This document shows positions 1-12,310 of a stretch of DNA of 64,000 nucleotides, piece after piece. Numbering within the stretch: the first letter of the stretch is position 1; each line of letters opens with the position of its first letter. The translations under genes were made by a program, and so were the position numbers. The DNA lies in contig NC_085846.1 of the NCBI RefSeq assembly GCF_035594765.1, positions 20,943,190-21,007,189 of the forward strand, written 5' to 3'. This DNA is from Anolis carolinensis (taxonomy: Eukaryota). The notes beneath the pieces were generated by a model. The model was given only the letters and a program-made list of their open reading frames with translations, was not told the DNA's origin and searched no databases.

Positions 1-134
1 TTTACAGCACTACAACTTGCTCACAAATCTCATTCATAATGCATAATTTCAGATATATGCATTGACGAGTAATGCATTTCTACAAATACATCACATGGTC
101 TATTTCAGTCCTTGCCTTCAATGTACAGCATTTA

Positions 135-180
135 TAGAATCATAGAATAATAGAGTTGGAAGAGACCACATGGGCCATAT
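135..180 (-). mobile_element. CR1 LINE 3' tail fragment
   Basis: tagaatcatagaataatagagttggaagagacc, the reverse of a CR1-type octamer tail; similar relics near 28813-28870 and 61797-61990. Confidence 0.55.
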
Positions 181-221
181 GTCCATGTATCATTATGAGA
201 TTACATTGTATGTTCAGAAAG

Positions 222-1126
222 TTATTTTATTGACTTCCCTTTCTTAAACAAGTGGTCCTTTATGTTCATGTTTGGTTTCAGCAGAATAATGTACACTTTA
301 GGAGCAAAAATAAAACTCAGTAATCCAACACCCGAGGCCAAAATAGAGAAGATTTCCACAGCTACCATGTACTTGCCTTTGGTACTCAAATAGGTTGGAA
401 TAAAGGATATCCAGACACTACAAAACACTAGCATACTGAAGGTGATAAATTTGGCTTCATTGAATGTGTCAGGTAGTTTCCTTGTTAGATAGGCTAGGGT
501 GAAACTAACACTGGCCAGAAAGCCCAGGTACCCTAGGACAATGTAGAACATAGTAGATGAGCCCTCATTACATTGAGCTACAATTTCTGCAGATTGTGAG
601 ACTTTATCTGGGAAAGGAGGAGAGGTGCCTAGCCAGATGGCACAAATTCCAGCTTGGATAGCAGAACAAAAAAAGATAATGTAGTTGGATAATTTTTTGC
701 CAACCCATTTAATTATTTTCCCCCCAGGATTTGTAGCTATGAATGCTATGACCACAGTTATTGTTTTGGCCAAAACACAAGAAAGTGCAAAAGTAAAGAT
801 GTTGCCAAAAGCAACCTGTCTAAGAAGGCAAGTCACCGTGCTAGGTTGTCCAATGAATATCAAGGAGCAAAGGAAGCAGAGGAAAATTGAAATTAGCAGA
901 CGATAAGTAAGGTCTCGATTTGTCGCTTTGACAATTGGTGTATTCCGGTGTCTAATAAATATACCAAATACTGAGGCTGTGAGTAGAGACAAGAAAACTG
1001 CAGCAGACACCAGACAGATCCCCAAAGGTCCATCATAAGTAAGAAAAGTGATGACTTTGGGAACACATCTGTTTCGTTTCTTGTTTGGACACTCCTCTTC
1101 TGGACATTTGTAACAATGATGTGCAT
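222..1126 (-). CDS. V2R-A exon 6 (end of Cys-rich domain plus 7TM)
   Basis: 905 nt, [23 protein letters not shown]...KGKSIK*. Confidence 0.95.
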
Positions 1127-4100
1127 CTGAAAAAGTAGAAGATCTTCCTGTGCAATAGTATCTGTATCAGGTTTTCTCGAACTTTTTAACCCCGAGGAAG
1201 CCTTAAAATAATTTCCAGGCCTCAAAGAACCATTTCATAAAAATGATTCCATCTATAGTTTTAAAAAATACCATGATCACAATCTCTCATGAAACCCCTA
1301 AAGACCTGTCTCAGATCTCAGGGACCTGTGGTTGAGAAGCCCTGCTTTATACATTGGCAAGACAAACAAGTAGACATATATATTTGTTTACTTAGATTTT
1401 AGAAACACTGAACTGAACAAAGAAATGCATCAAACACTTGGGAGACGAGGTTGTGTGGTTGATGAATTGCATTAAGCTTCACAACTAGTATTAAAATTAC
1501 AACTATACAACATTGTATTACACAAAAGTTTTGTGTCTAACATGATATTAACATAGAAGGAAATGAAGACTTAGGTCGCTATTCAAAAATGTATGTATGG
1601 TTATATATGCTGAATTAATTCATTTAAAAAACTATATCCTCCTCTCCATGCATTTTACTTTAGTACATTGACTGGAATCCTAGTAGTGCACTTCACCACC
1701 ATGACAGTTCACTATTATCCCAGTTGTCTAGCAGTCATGAAGACTCACTGTGGTCCTTATTGAATGCCAGTACCAAGCAACCTATTTGTCCAAAGCTGCT
1801 TATTTGTTCAGGAGGTTTATTGATTTAAAAGTGAAGGGGAAGGCTGTTTTTGACATTTGGGCTGTGGGACAAGCAATGATACTATGATGAAAAATTACAT
1901 TATCTGATCTATAATTGACAATAGTACACCAAGCTGGTTTTTAACAAATTTTAATCAAAATTTCATTCTAATATTTATTTTCAAAGTTCTATTTTATTTT
2001 CATTAATCCTGGAATAACTTACTAGTTTGGTTTGAAATTGTCCCTTCTGGGCAACCTAAGCAATGATAGCAGCAAGATGGTTGTCCTTCAAGAATCTTCA
2101 TGTAGTACCCTGGATGGCATCTCTCAGTACAAGTCGATTCAGGCACTGTCTAATCATAAATGGAAGAAATGTCATGTCGGTTTAATTGAATACATTGATT
2201 TTATTAAACATAACCTGAAGTTTTCTATTACATTTCCAGTAATGCAGCACTATAATGACTCGGATGGTTTTCTATTTAATTCTAATTTAAACAAATAAGA
2301 ATACATGATCTTCCTTCTCCTCCCATCCCAATGTTTTTGTTGATATCTAGGGGGAAAGATATAATTCTCATAGAGTCATCCAAATGTGATTACCAAAAAC
2401 GCTCCTGTGAAATGAGATTTCTCCGATGATTTTTAAAGCTGCAGTGAAATGTTCAAAACTTGGAAAACCCACCTGGTTGAAGATATTAGGCCATGTAATG
2501 GCATCTTTCTTAATAGTAAACCTTTGGTCTGAGGAAGTCTTGGAATCTATTGCTCCAATGCTCACTTTCATAAAGGATTTATTTGGGAAAACAACCCAGT
2601 TCACTAGGTCATATCCAGTGGACAATTCCATATTGTCATTGAAAAACACCTCCTCCCCAGCACTGTTGTTGAAATTGATTTTTCTCAAAAACCAGTGAAG
2701 CTAGTTGGGAAGAGGGATCTTTATTATTTACCAAAAGTGATTAAGGTATAAAATAGTTAACCAATTTTGTCCATACATTACCTTCCATGACTGTAGTGGA
2801 TGATGACTCGGTTTTGGATTTTCTGATGAATAAAGGTTATCCAAAGCATAGGCCAAGGCATAAACAGCATTATAGATACTATAACTGTCACCAGACATGT
2901 TCATTTCAAATACAGTCTGAGGAAGACTCTCCAGCTTTTCCTCCCCTGTACAAATTTTGAAGTTCTGTGTGTTCTTGTAGAAATTAGGGCTTATACAATC
3001 AAATGCATCATGCCAGAAGTATTGGAAGAAATTACTATCACGATGCTGGTAAGGGTTAAATTCCTGGAGAAAAGTCTTAAATCTTGGCACATTGTTTTTG
3101 TGGACTGTGAAAGACAAGGAACCATGGAAGTGTTTGACATGCCAGTCATTCAGGAAAACTTTTGAGCTGAAATCCCACTGTGCTGTTGTGACCCAAACCT
3201 TCTCTGTGGATTTCCTTGTGGATTGTTCATAGCTGCGTAGCAGTATGTTTAACCCAATCATTAAAGATGTAACCCCATATGCAACAATCACATTGGCTTT
3301 TGTAAAAATAAGGTTTTTCAAAACAGTGACACTACTGAATTCATAGTATGTTAATCCATTAACAGTCTGTGGAAAGAAAAACGGAGCCTTTTCAGTAAAA
3401 GCCACACAGATGCTGTTTCTACTGAGAACTGATTTTAGGCTTTGCACAAACTCTTCCCCTTGGTTGTCATCTGAAACAATGAGGCCAACCCATGTCCAGC
3501 TGAAATAGCTTAGCAGCTGCACTATCCCATCATACTGAGCAGCTTCATTTGGGACCATTTGATAGGAAAAGGGATAATGAATCTTATTAGTCCTTGCTGA
3601 ATGGATTGAGCCACAAATCAGCTGGAAAAAATAACAGAGTGAATTTTGTAGCCAACTTCAAAAGATAAAAAGCATTCCCCCCCTTTAAACAGAACAAAAT
3701 CAATGCCACTTTAATCTGTAGTGGCCTGACATTATTTCCACTAGTACTTTAAAATGAATCAAAAAGTCTAATTTTCAGGGAAATAACCATATTAATTGAT
3801 TACAGCCTAAATAACAAAGTGTTTTTTGCCATCATCTAGGATAACAAACCACACTTCAACCATACTTTCATTTTGTTAAGTAGATGGGAATCCAAGAAAG
3901 TGCATGCCAAATGATATGTCTTAGGCCCCATCTACACTGTCATATAAACCATTCAAAAATATAATCTGGATTCAGAAACGGAATTGTATGGCAGTGGTGA
4001 TCCAGCCTAAGTCTCTAATAAATACAATTCTCCAGGTGCATCTACACCAGTGGTTCTCAACCTGTGGGTCCCCAGGTGTTTTGGCTTACAACTGCCAGAA

Positions 4101-6476
4101 ATCCCAACCAGTTTACTAGCTGTTTAGACTTCTGAGAGTTGAAGGACAAAACACCTGGGGACCCACAGGTTGAGAACCGCTGATTTACACTATAGAATTA
4201 ATGCAGTTTGATACCTCTTTGACTGCCCCTGGTTCAATGCTGTGGGATCCTGGAAGTTGCAGTTTTGTGAGGCTCCAGCACAATTTTACAGAGAACACTA
4301 AAGAGCCTATAAAACTACAATTCCTATGATTCTATAGCATTAAGCCTTGACAGTCACAATGGTGTTAAATTGCAATAATTCCACAGTGTAGATGCACCCT
4401 CTGTTGTCCCTACAATGTAACAGTTTGCTAGGTTCACTTGAAACACAAATGAAGGTCCCTGTCCAAGTGCTAGTTGCTATCTCTGGTTCTGAAAATAGGC
4501 TTCTCTAAAGATGAAAAAAAGACTGGAAAAATGCTGTTTCCAGCAAACTTTCACATCTTTGCACTTAGTAACATGTCCAGAGCTTATCCCAAAACCTTTA
4601 TTGCCTGAGGTAGAGTACCACTGCCCCATTGATTCTAATGCCCACCTTCAGGTTTACTGTACTCTAGAACAGATAGGTTGGTACCTGAAGCAACTCACTC
4701 TTCCCTTGGAGTAAAACAACCTAAAAGGTTTTTTTTAACAACACCAGTATTGGAAAGATGACGAAGAAGGATTCTACAAACACAGACATTCAATGTTGGT
4801 ATGCAGCAGGGCATTACAGTAAACAATAAAAAATTGGCTGGAAAAGAATGGGATTCTGTAACTGTGTTCTCCTGCCCACCACAGGCACAATAACCAGCAA
4901 CTGCTTCCAGATTCCCTTACTGAACAGAAAAACACAGATAAAAGAAGCAGCAGAGAAGTCTGTTTCATCAGCTATTCCCAACATGTTGAAAAAAAGTGTA
5001 AAACCACAATACAACTGGAAGCTGGTTGCAAAACAAAAAGTTATTCTTTGATGCATTTGGAACAAACTTTCAAGAGCTCATAAAGAGGTTTAACCTTTTG
5101 TTGCTTCCTTGTACAAGTTTTTTCTTGACTTCTTACATTTCTTTCCATTCATGTGGGCATATTCTTAATTTTGGATTTTCAAAAATGTTGAGATGTGTTG
5201 AGCTATTCGCTTTCATGGTACAACACTCTACTCTTATTTTTTCCCATGTTTTCTTCTGTATCTGATACCAAAATTTCCTGTTAAAGAAGGAAAGCCTAGG
5301 AACACATCCACTTTGATAACTGAGTTATATAAGTTACAGTTACCAGTCATTTCATTGCACTATATTTGCTCATGGAAGACCCAGCCCACACAATGGCATT
5401 TGATTGATTTTTTTCTATAGCTAAGCTGTATGTTATCATTTATCTTCTACACCTACCTGGGACACTTTGTAGAGACCTGAAATAGTGGCCACCTGAGTAG
5501 AGGTTTCAGAGCTGAGTGCTCCAACAACGGCAGGAATCTTGTATGGTCTTCCGCATCTGTAATTAGGAATGTTTTCTTTTTGTGCTGAAAAAAGGGACAG
5601 GGTGATTCCGTAGCTGAATCTTGGTTCAAAGAAGTTGTCGCAGATGTGGAAGCCCAGTGAGATATTGGATAAGATGTCTGGGTGATTGTTTATCTCTTCT
5701 ACAGCAAAAATGAAAGCCAAGGCATGCTGGCTGTTCTTACTTACAACCCTAAATTGGAAATAGTACAGTCTAATTTATTTCTCTTCATTTTCAGAGCAGG
5801 AATTTTCTCATCAGGGTTTAAAATGTTTTAATCACTTTAAAAATATTATTGATTTTTATCTCTGATGGGAAGCAAACCATGATTACTAAAAAGCAAATGA
5901 AAATATGAATCATAACTCATAGCGCTGAAAACAGTCCTATACTATCCCATGTTCAGGAAAAATGATTTTTTTATGTAACTATAAACATGGAACATATAAC
6001 ATGGAAACTATGCTGAAAATGTAATAATTGCTCTTGCCATTGCACTTTTTCGTGACTCCTTACATTGCCAATTTTTCTTTGACTATATTTATATAACTTC
6101 AAACTTTTGCACACTTTCCTCAATTCTGCATTTGATAAATTCTATTTGAAATGTATGCAAAACATTCAAAATGCATTTACAAATTAAATATAAAAGCATC
6201 TAGATACATTGCCCATTACTTCTCAAATATAGAATATAAATGGCCACATTCTATATGGACTTACTTAAAGGGATATTCAGTATAACTCATGGGGAAAGTA
6301 TTGAAGAATTCTTCAGGAAGCCCAATAGTGAGCAAAGATAAAATTGCACCAATAACATAGTCCCCTGGCTTAAAATAGCCATCTTTATATCTGTTTGCTT
6401 TTTCTTTCCAGTTTCCCTTGGGTGTTGGGCTGATTATCTGAAAGCAAGAAACAAGCAAGAGCAGCAAGAAAAGCAT
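222..6476 (-). CDS. Vomeronasal type-2 receptor (V2R, class C GPCR), intact 6-exon gene, 867 aa
   Basis: Manually spliced with GT-AG borders: ex1 6476-6265, ex2 5748-5457, ex3 3621-2782, ex4 2700-2473, ex5 2149-2023, ex6 1126-222. Total 2604 nt, phases consistent, no internal stop. Signal peptide [11 protein letters not shown], Venus-flytrap motifs ([25 protein letters not shown]), Cys-rich domain, 7TM motifs ([30 protein letters not shown]). Confidence 0.95.
2023..2149 (-). CDS. V2R-A exon 5 (Cys-rich domain; absent from the ORF track)
   Basis: 127 nt, [42 protein letters not shown]. Confidence 0.93.
2473..2700 (-). CDS. V2R-A exon 4
   Basis: 228 nt, [17 protein letters not shown]...WPNIFNQ. 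Confidence 0.93.
2782..3621 (-). CDS. V2R-A exon 3
   Basis: 840 nt, LICGS...YQMVPNE...HPLQSWK; AG/GT borders. Confidence 0.93.
4033..4400. mobile_element. Palindromic MITE (GGTGCATCTACAC termini, Harbinger-like) interrupted by a hAT MITE
   Basis: Terminal inverted repeats ggtgcatctacac / gtgtagatgcacc; related copies at about 49800-50014 and 56480-56692. Confidence 0.7.
4048..4182. mobile_element. 135-bp palindromic hAT MITE
   Basis: TIR cagtggttctcaacctgtggg; 8-bp TSD atctacac/atttacac. Confidence 0.85.
5457..5748 (-). CDS. V2R-A exon 2
   Basis: 292 nt, [21 protein letters not shown]...GLYKVSQ; AG/GT borders. Confidence 0.93.
6265..6476 (-). CDS. V2R-A exon 1 (signal peptide, N-terminus)
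   Basis: [11 protein letters not shown]...[10 protein letters not shown]; GTAAGT donor at 6264; phase 2. Confidence 0.85.
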
Positions 6477-7334
6477 ATCATATCTTTCTAATCTACTGCA
6501 AATTTCATTCATGTCCACCAAAGAAGGCATATGATATGGTTGGAGCCAATGAATATTGGAGAAGAAAAACATATTTCTGCTCTTCATATTGATCTGAGAT
6601 ATTATTCACTCACCTAGCAATAATTTTCCTCAACCCAATTTCCAATGGTGGAAATGCTATTCATAGCAGATTTCATAACTTATGTAGGCTTTTATCAAGA
6701 TCTGAAATTGGTTGATTGACTGTTTTGTTTTGTATCTGGTTTGCACATGGAAAAATCTCAATGACAGTATTTTTGGATAATTACAGGGAATATAATTATT
6801 TCTCCAGTGTCTTTGGTTCTGTGTAGTTAACCATCTGGAGGAAACAAGTCATATGAAAATGTGCAGCATGTTGTTAGTCCTCTGTTTTTGAAGAATGAAA
6901 TGCATGCCCAATCAAAAATGTATCAGCATGTTGGGGATACTAATTGATGTATAGGATATTTCCAGGAATAATATGTTTCTATTGAAGAAATATTTCTATC
7001 TAGATTAGAGTAAAAGCAAACGGTGATAATGTGAGAAAATATAGACACAAAAATACTATGAAGGGCATGAACTTCGATTCTCTGAGATTAGAAGAACCCA
7101 ATGCAATGAAATGGCTCACAAGCGTTTCATCTCCCATGATCTTTTCTTCAGATCTTTTCCCCTTAAAGAGTACATTACATTAAACAATGAAGCATTTCAT
7201 ATTTAGGGACAGAAAACCTAATTCACATAAAAGATTAACCAAAGAAGAAATTACTTTAGGAGTAGTCCTAAAGTAGACAAAGAAGCATGCTGTAATACAC
7301 TATACAAAAGTCAATCAAAGGACTCGAGTAAAGA

Positions 7335-7578
7335 TTTATTTATTAATATATTTATTTATTTATTTACAGCATTTATATTCCGCCCTTCTCACCCCGAAGG
7401 GGACTCAGGGCGGATCACATTACACATATAGGCAAACATTCAATGCCTTTTTAACATAGGACAAAGACAAACAACATAGCTCCGAGCGGGCCTCGAACTC
7501 ATGACCTCCTGGTCAGAGTGATTGATTGCAGTTAATTGCAGCTGGTTTGCTCTCCCGTCTGCGCCACAGCCCCGGGCC
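7335..7578 (-). mobile_element. L2-tailed SINE (Anolis SINE2-like), followed by a partial duplicate at 7655-7738
   Basis: B-box-like gagttcgagg, 3' gatccgccctgagtcccc...(TAAA)n tail; same family at 19148, 34365 and 46708. Confidence 0.8.
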
Positions 7579-8235
7579 ACTTTTCCACTTTTGTTCCAAT
7601 AGGACCAGCCTCTGAAGCCATACTGAGGCCATACTGAGGGTGGGCAAAGTGAAGCACATTACACATATTAGGCAAACATTCAATGCCTTTTAACATAGGA
7701 CAAAGACAACAACATAGCTCCGAGCGGGCCTTGAACATTTATGAACTGTTCAATAGCTAAATAATATACTAATATTGGACATTCATCATTTGCACTTTCT
7801 GCATAAAATAGTGCAAGCAATTTAATCCAATGGTGGTCCAATAATAATAATAATAATAATTATAATTATTATTATTATTATTATTTATACCCCGCTTAGG
7901 TCCCCCCCCCCTTTGTTAAAAATACTGTTTTCATTGTGTGCGCCCCCAGCCATGCTCTTTAAAAAATGTTGGGGTATTTTTACCATATTCCAGAGCCCTG
8001 GATCATTATAAATCAAGAAAATGCCATATTTTCCTTTCCTTTTCTTTCTTTTTCTTCCTCCCTTCCTTCCTTTTTTAAAACCAAAAGTAATTTCTAGTTG
8101 AAAAAGTCTTCTCCCAAAAAGGGTATTATGGCTTAAAACATAGTGAAATGTCCTGTTAAGTTCACAGGGGCCATGGGGCAGGAAATGGAGATTGATGTGG
8201 TGGGAGGGGGCAGGGCCGGTGATATCTCCCTAGGC

Positions 8236-8370
8236 CAGTGGTTCTCAACATGTGGGTCACTAGATATTTTGACCTTCAACTCTCAGAAATCCTAATAGCT
8301 GATAAACTTGCTGGGATTTCTGGGAGTTGTAGGCCAAAACACCTGGGAACCCATAAGTTGAGAACAACTG
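8236..8370. mobile_element. 135-bp palindromic hAT MITE
   Basis: Same family as 4048-4182; TSD ccctaggc/ccctagcc. Confidence 0.85.
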
Positions 8371-10119
8371 CCCTAGCCCATGCCTGTCCTAGCCAGTCAC
8401 AGTTGCCCAACCCTTTCCTAAACTATGTCAGATCGAAGCTGCTTCTTCCTTTAGGAAATTTTATTCCATTCTTTCCTGACTTGCTGTGGAGCCTTTTTTT
8501 TCTTTCACCTCCATGTTTCTATTTCAGTCAATATTGGGTTTAAACATTGTAGTGTGACTTTAGAGACCTGTTGAATGAATGAATGAATTGTTTATTGTAC
8601 TAGCCATAGGCCATGACATCAGTAGTATACAACCTTTATAAACACTTTCCAATAAAAACATTAAAACTTATTCAAAAATTAAAACTAGCTCTTTAAAATT
8701 ATGATAGCAGCAACATAACAATGACGGTGTCTGATTTGTATCATCATAAACCATCGCCATTTCCATTTCTGACCTCAAGTATGGGTTTTGCTACCTTAGC
8801 TCTGATCTTTTGGGCTGCAATTGCAAATGTGGCAACCTTTAGTGTTATATTTTTGGAATAATCTGTTGTGGAAGCACATTGGGTGACCTTGTGTAATTTG
8901 CATTCTCCTGGCCACTTCCCTTTCAGGGTCGCCATAAATCGGAAATAACATGGAGGCACACAGCAACAACAATTACTACAGTAACACAGAATATTTTTGT
9001 AGCTCAGTAAAACACTTTATTGTTGCCTCAATAAACATGCTTGAATACATTAACTGGTTGGTTAGTAGGAATTTTACCATTCATACTGGTTCTCCAAAGG
9101 CTTTACAATACAACTCATACAAAAACATTGATCTCAACAACAATGTGGTCAGTTCGAACTTTATTTTACCATAATATACTTATCCAAACACCTACCGTGT
9201 TTCCCCGAAAATAAGACAGTGTCTTATATTAATTTTAGATCCCAAAGATGCTCTAGGTCTTATTTTCAGGGTATGTCTTATTTTTCCATGAAGAAGAATT
9301 CACATTTATTGTTGAACAAAAAAATGAACTACTGTACAGTAGTTGTCATCACAAACCAGCATAACCAGACAAACGGTGAATCCTCTCAAGAATTTCTTGT
9401 TACTACCAATATTTCCATTTACAACACTCTATGGTAGGTACTAGGGTTGTCCGATCGATGGAAAAATTGTTTCAATTCTCGTTTCTAAAGTAGGGGGTGC
9501 CGGCTCTTCCTTGTAGAAATTATTTCTAAATGTTTCACCCAAAATTTTTGGATATTTACGAAATTTCGTAATGTTTCTAAAATGGCGGACGCGCATGCGC
9601 AATTGCCAAAAAACAGGAAACCGGGGGGGACTTTTCTGGGGGTCTCCCGCCCTCATTTCTTGAGCTATTCTCATCAAATTTGGTACAGTGGGAAAACACA
9701 TTCCACACTCTTTGCTCAACAAATTGCAGAATGTTTCCTGTCTCCTATGATTTTTGGCGAATTTTTATAACCTTTTATAATATACTATTTTTTTATGTTT
9801 TAAGAAACCTGTTCCTGTTTTGAAAGTCTTACTTCCTGTTCAATTGGGTTCTTCACTGTGAAAGTCCCTCTTTTCTATTTGTGTATATTTGTTGCTGTGG
9901 CCGGAAATCAGCGAAAATGGTGGTCATTTGCAGAAACTGGAAACCCCCCACTCCTATCTAAAAATAAGGTGGTGATATTTCAGCTTCCTAAGACATGGGA
10001 GCTCATGTCCCACTCCCTTGTGACCTGAGCCCCACACCACACACCCTGCCCCTTTCTAATAAAAAGCGGTGGCCAGGGTTTTTTTTTGTTTTTTTTTGTG
10101 CAACAAGGAAAAGGGGTGC

Positions 10120-10887
10120 TCACTGCTCGGGTCTCACTGTTCCCCCTGTTCTCTTCCTTCCAGTGGAATGGCCCCAGTGGTCCAGGGTTAATTGAGACCC
10201 TCTCCCAGCAGACCATAACGGAGAAGAAGGAGAGCTCAGGGTGCTGCTAGCGGTGCTAAGGGATCCCCCTCCCAAGGGAATTGAAGGATGATGTCTCTTT
10301 ATGTGGTACCGCAAGCCAGTGGTGGACAAATGCCTCATGTCTTTACCCCTGCTAATATGCATCCCGCAGTGCCTGCACACAGCCAAGGAAGACTGTTGGG
10401 AATGGACCGCGAAGTGGTCCCAGAGGAAAGACCTCGGCCTTCCCAATGGCGGGGCCCCCGGCGGCCTTTGTGGGGTGCTCACAGGACTGGGGGCGGAAGG
10501 AGTGGGTGGCGACATGACGTCCTCTGTGGGAACGGCACGAGTGGGATTGCCTTCTTCCTCATCATCATCCGATGAAGTCAGTGTTAAGGGAAGCCTATCT
10601 ATTTCTTTCTTAATTTTTATGTCCGGCGCAAGGACAACGACACGACCCAATTCAGAGACGTCCGTGGCAGCCTCTGATATGGGTGGCGGTGTGGTTTTAT
10701 CACGGAGGGAACCCTTTTTTGACCTCGACCCACCGGGAACACGCCCTTCCACCATTTGTGTTTGCACAGCACTGCCCTCAGGAGCACCCCTTTGTTTCCT
10801 TCCAGTGCCACCCCTCGTTCCTCTTCCCGAGGCCAAGCCTCTCCCCGAAGTCTTGCGGGAACCACCTATTCCCCATGAACGCTTCAT
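10120..10887 (-). CDS. BED zinc-finger protein (hAT transposase N-terminus only), 255 aa from first ATG
   Basis: RSFLWDHF...CRHC...STTGLRYHIKRHHP fits BED W/F-Cx2C-Hx4H. The frame is open up to 11031, but that start is TTG; first ATG is at 10887. No DDE or dimerisation domain follows. Confidence 0.75.
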   Translation of the reverse strand: MKRSWGIGGSRKTSGRGLASGRGTRGGTGRKQRGAPEGSAVQTQMVEGRVPGGSRSKKGSLRDKTTPPPISEAATDVSELGRVVVLAPDIKIKKEIDRLPLTLTSSDDDEEEGNPTRAVPTEDVMSPPTPSAPSPVSTPQRPPGAPPLGRPRSFLWDHFAVHSQQSSLAVCRHCGMHISRGKDMRHLSTTGLRYHIKRHHPSIPLGGGSLSTASSTLSSPSSPLWSAGRGSQLTLDHWGHSTGRKRTGGTVRPEQ

Positions 10888-11736
10888 TACAGTGCTCTCG
10901 CCAATGAACTCCCCGAAACAGTTCCGTATGTTAAAATAGTTTATTTCAACTGACAGAGCCTTTGTAATTTGGACACGGGCTCTCGAGATCAACGGAGCCT
11001 CTTTCTGTGATCCCCCTAGACTGGAGGCCAAATGCCTTCCCTTGAATGTCTACTGGGTGTGACGGTAGCACTGGCTGGAATGCACACGTTCTTTGGAAAC
11101 TGTTACTTCCAATGGACCCTTTTAATTTTGGAAAGCTATGTGTAACTTTGAAATTGATGCAGTAACACTCAGCCCGGGGACTTGGGATTATAAACGAAGC
11201 GTGAGGTAAGCTCAGCGCTTACAGGGAAGCAGACATGGTTAGAAAAATATAATTTTCAAGCTCCCTCCTTTGCAGGCTTGGAAAGCCTTATATGGGTTTT
11301 ATTGCTTTCTTCCTGAAAACTTTGCAAAGGAAAGGCAAAAAGTGAACCTCCAAAAGGAGAAGCACCCCCAAATCTCTGGGGTTACAGGGAAAGAAGCAGT
11401 GCACAGTGCATACACACACACTCCTTAGCAGGCTTGCCTTATATGGGTTTTATTGCTTTCTTTGCAAAGGAAAGGCAAAAAGTGAACCTCCAAAAGAAAA
11501 CGCACCCCAAAAACCCCAAAGCTAGCGGTTACAGGGAGGGACGCAGACTCCTTTGGAAAATAAAAATTCCCAACATCCACAGCAAGGACTCTGCCCCAAG
11601 CCAATTTCCCCCCAACACAATATCTAACCGGCAACAACCAGCCACTTTGCCCTCTGAGCTTCACGGCGCGCGCGCGACCCACCCTCTCTCCTCGGTATCC
11701 CAACCCAGAGAATGGCTTGGCTCCGTGCGGAGGTGA

Positions 11737-11815
11737 TTTTTATAGCGATTCTACACGTCGACGGGAGGACGCAAGCCCCCACCTTTTTTAGCCATCGTGG
11801 AAGACTCTGATTGGC
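11737..11815 (-). promoter_or_regulatory. Putative Pol II promoter of the hAT element (CCAAT box plus TATA box)
   Basis: Minus strand: GCCAATCAGAG (CCAAT at 11814-11810) and TATAAAAA (11744-11737), about 66 bp apart, in CpG-rich DNA, pointing at the BED ORF. Confidence 0.6.
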
Positions 11816-11871
11816 AGGGAGCGGGAGCCATGTTAGGCTGCGCTAGGCTCCCGTTCATGTTAGGTTGCAGA

Positions 11872-11924
<53 letters not shown>

Positions 11925-12310
11925 TATTTAAAAAATTTAGGAAGGAAAAAAATTAACGAAATTTTTAAGACACAATTACAGAATGGGCCAACGATGGATC
12001 GTATTACATTGCCAGTTGCGCCCAGGGAAAACGTTTCAATACTCGTGTCAAAAAACGGGAACATAACGAAATTATAACGGTATGACAATTTTTACGACGA
12101 TATGGACAACCCTAGTAGGTACATTTACCGATCCTGCATGCTCTGGTGTTCTGTTCGACGAGCATGCTTCCAAACAAAAACTTTGCTAGGTCTTACTTTC
12201 GGGAGAGGCCTTATATTTAGCAATTCAGCAAAACATCTACTAGGTCTTATTTTCTGGGGATGTCTTATTTTAGGGGAAACAGGGTATCCACTTTTCTGAG
12301 TTGACAAAAT

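Larger units (their letters stand above)
9442..12114 (-). mobile_element. Non-autonomous hAT DNA transposon, 2673 bp
   Basis: Perfect 11-bp TIR TAGGGTTGTCC (imperfect to about 30 bp); perfect 8-bp TSD GTAGGTAC at 9434-9441 and 12115-12122; CpG-rich interior. Confidence 0.93.
9195..12284. mobile_element. Tc1/mariner-superfamily MITE (about 410 bp, CCGT-type termini) split by a hAT insertion
   Basis: TIR ccgtgtttccccgaaaataagac (from 9195) versus gtcttattttaggggaaacaggg (to 12284); TA on both flanks (9193-9194, 12285-12286). Confidence 0.85.

Noticed and set aside
4740-5270. Cluster of short ORFs and a TGGTATCAGA PBS-like motif in V2R-A intron 2
   Set aside because: No recognisable protein motif, LTR or TSD; cannot be supported without a search.
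10301-10939. 212-aa plus-strand ORF
   Set aside because: Antisense shadow of the GC-rich BED ORF; no recognisable motif.
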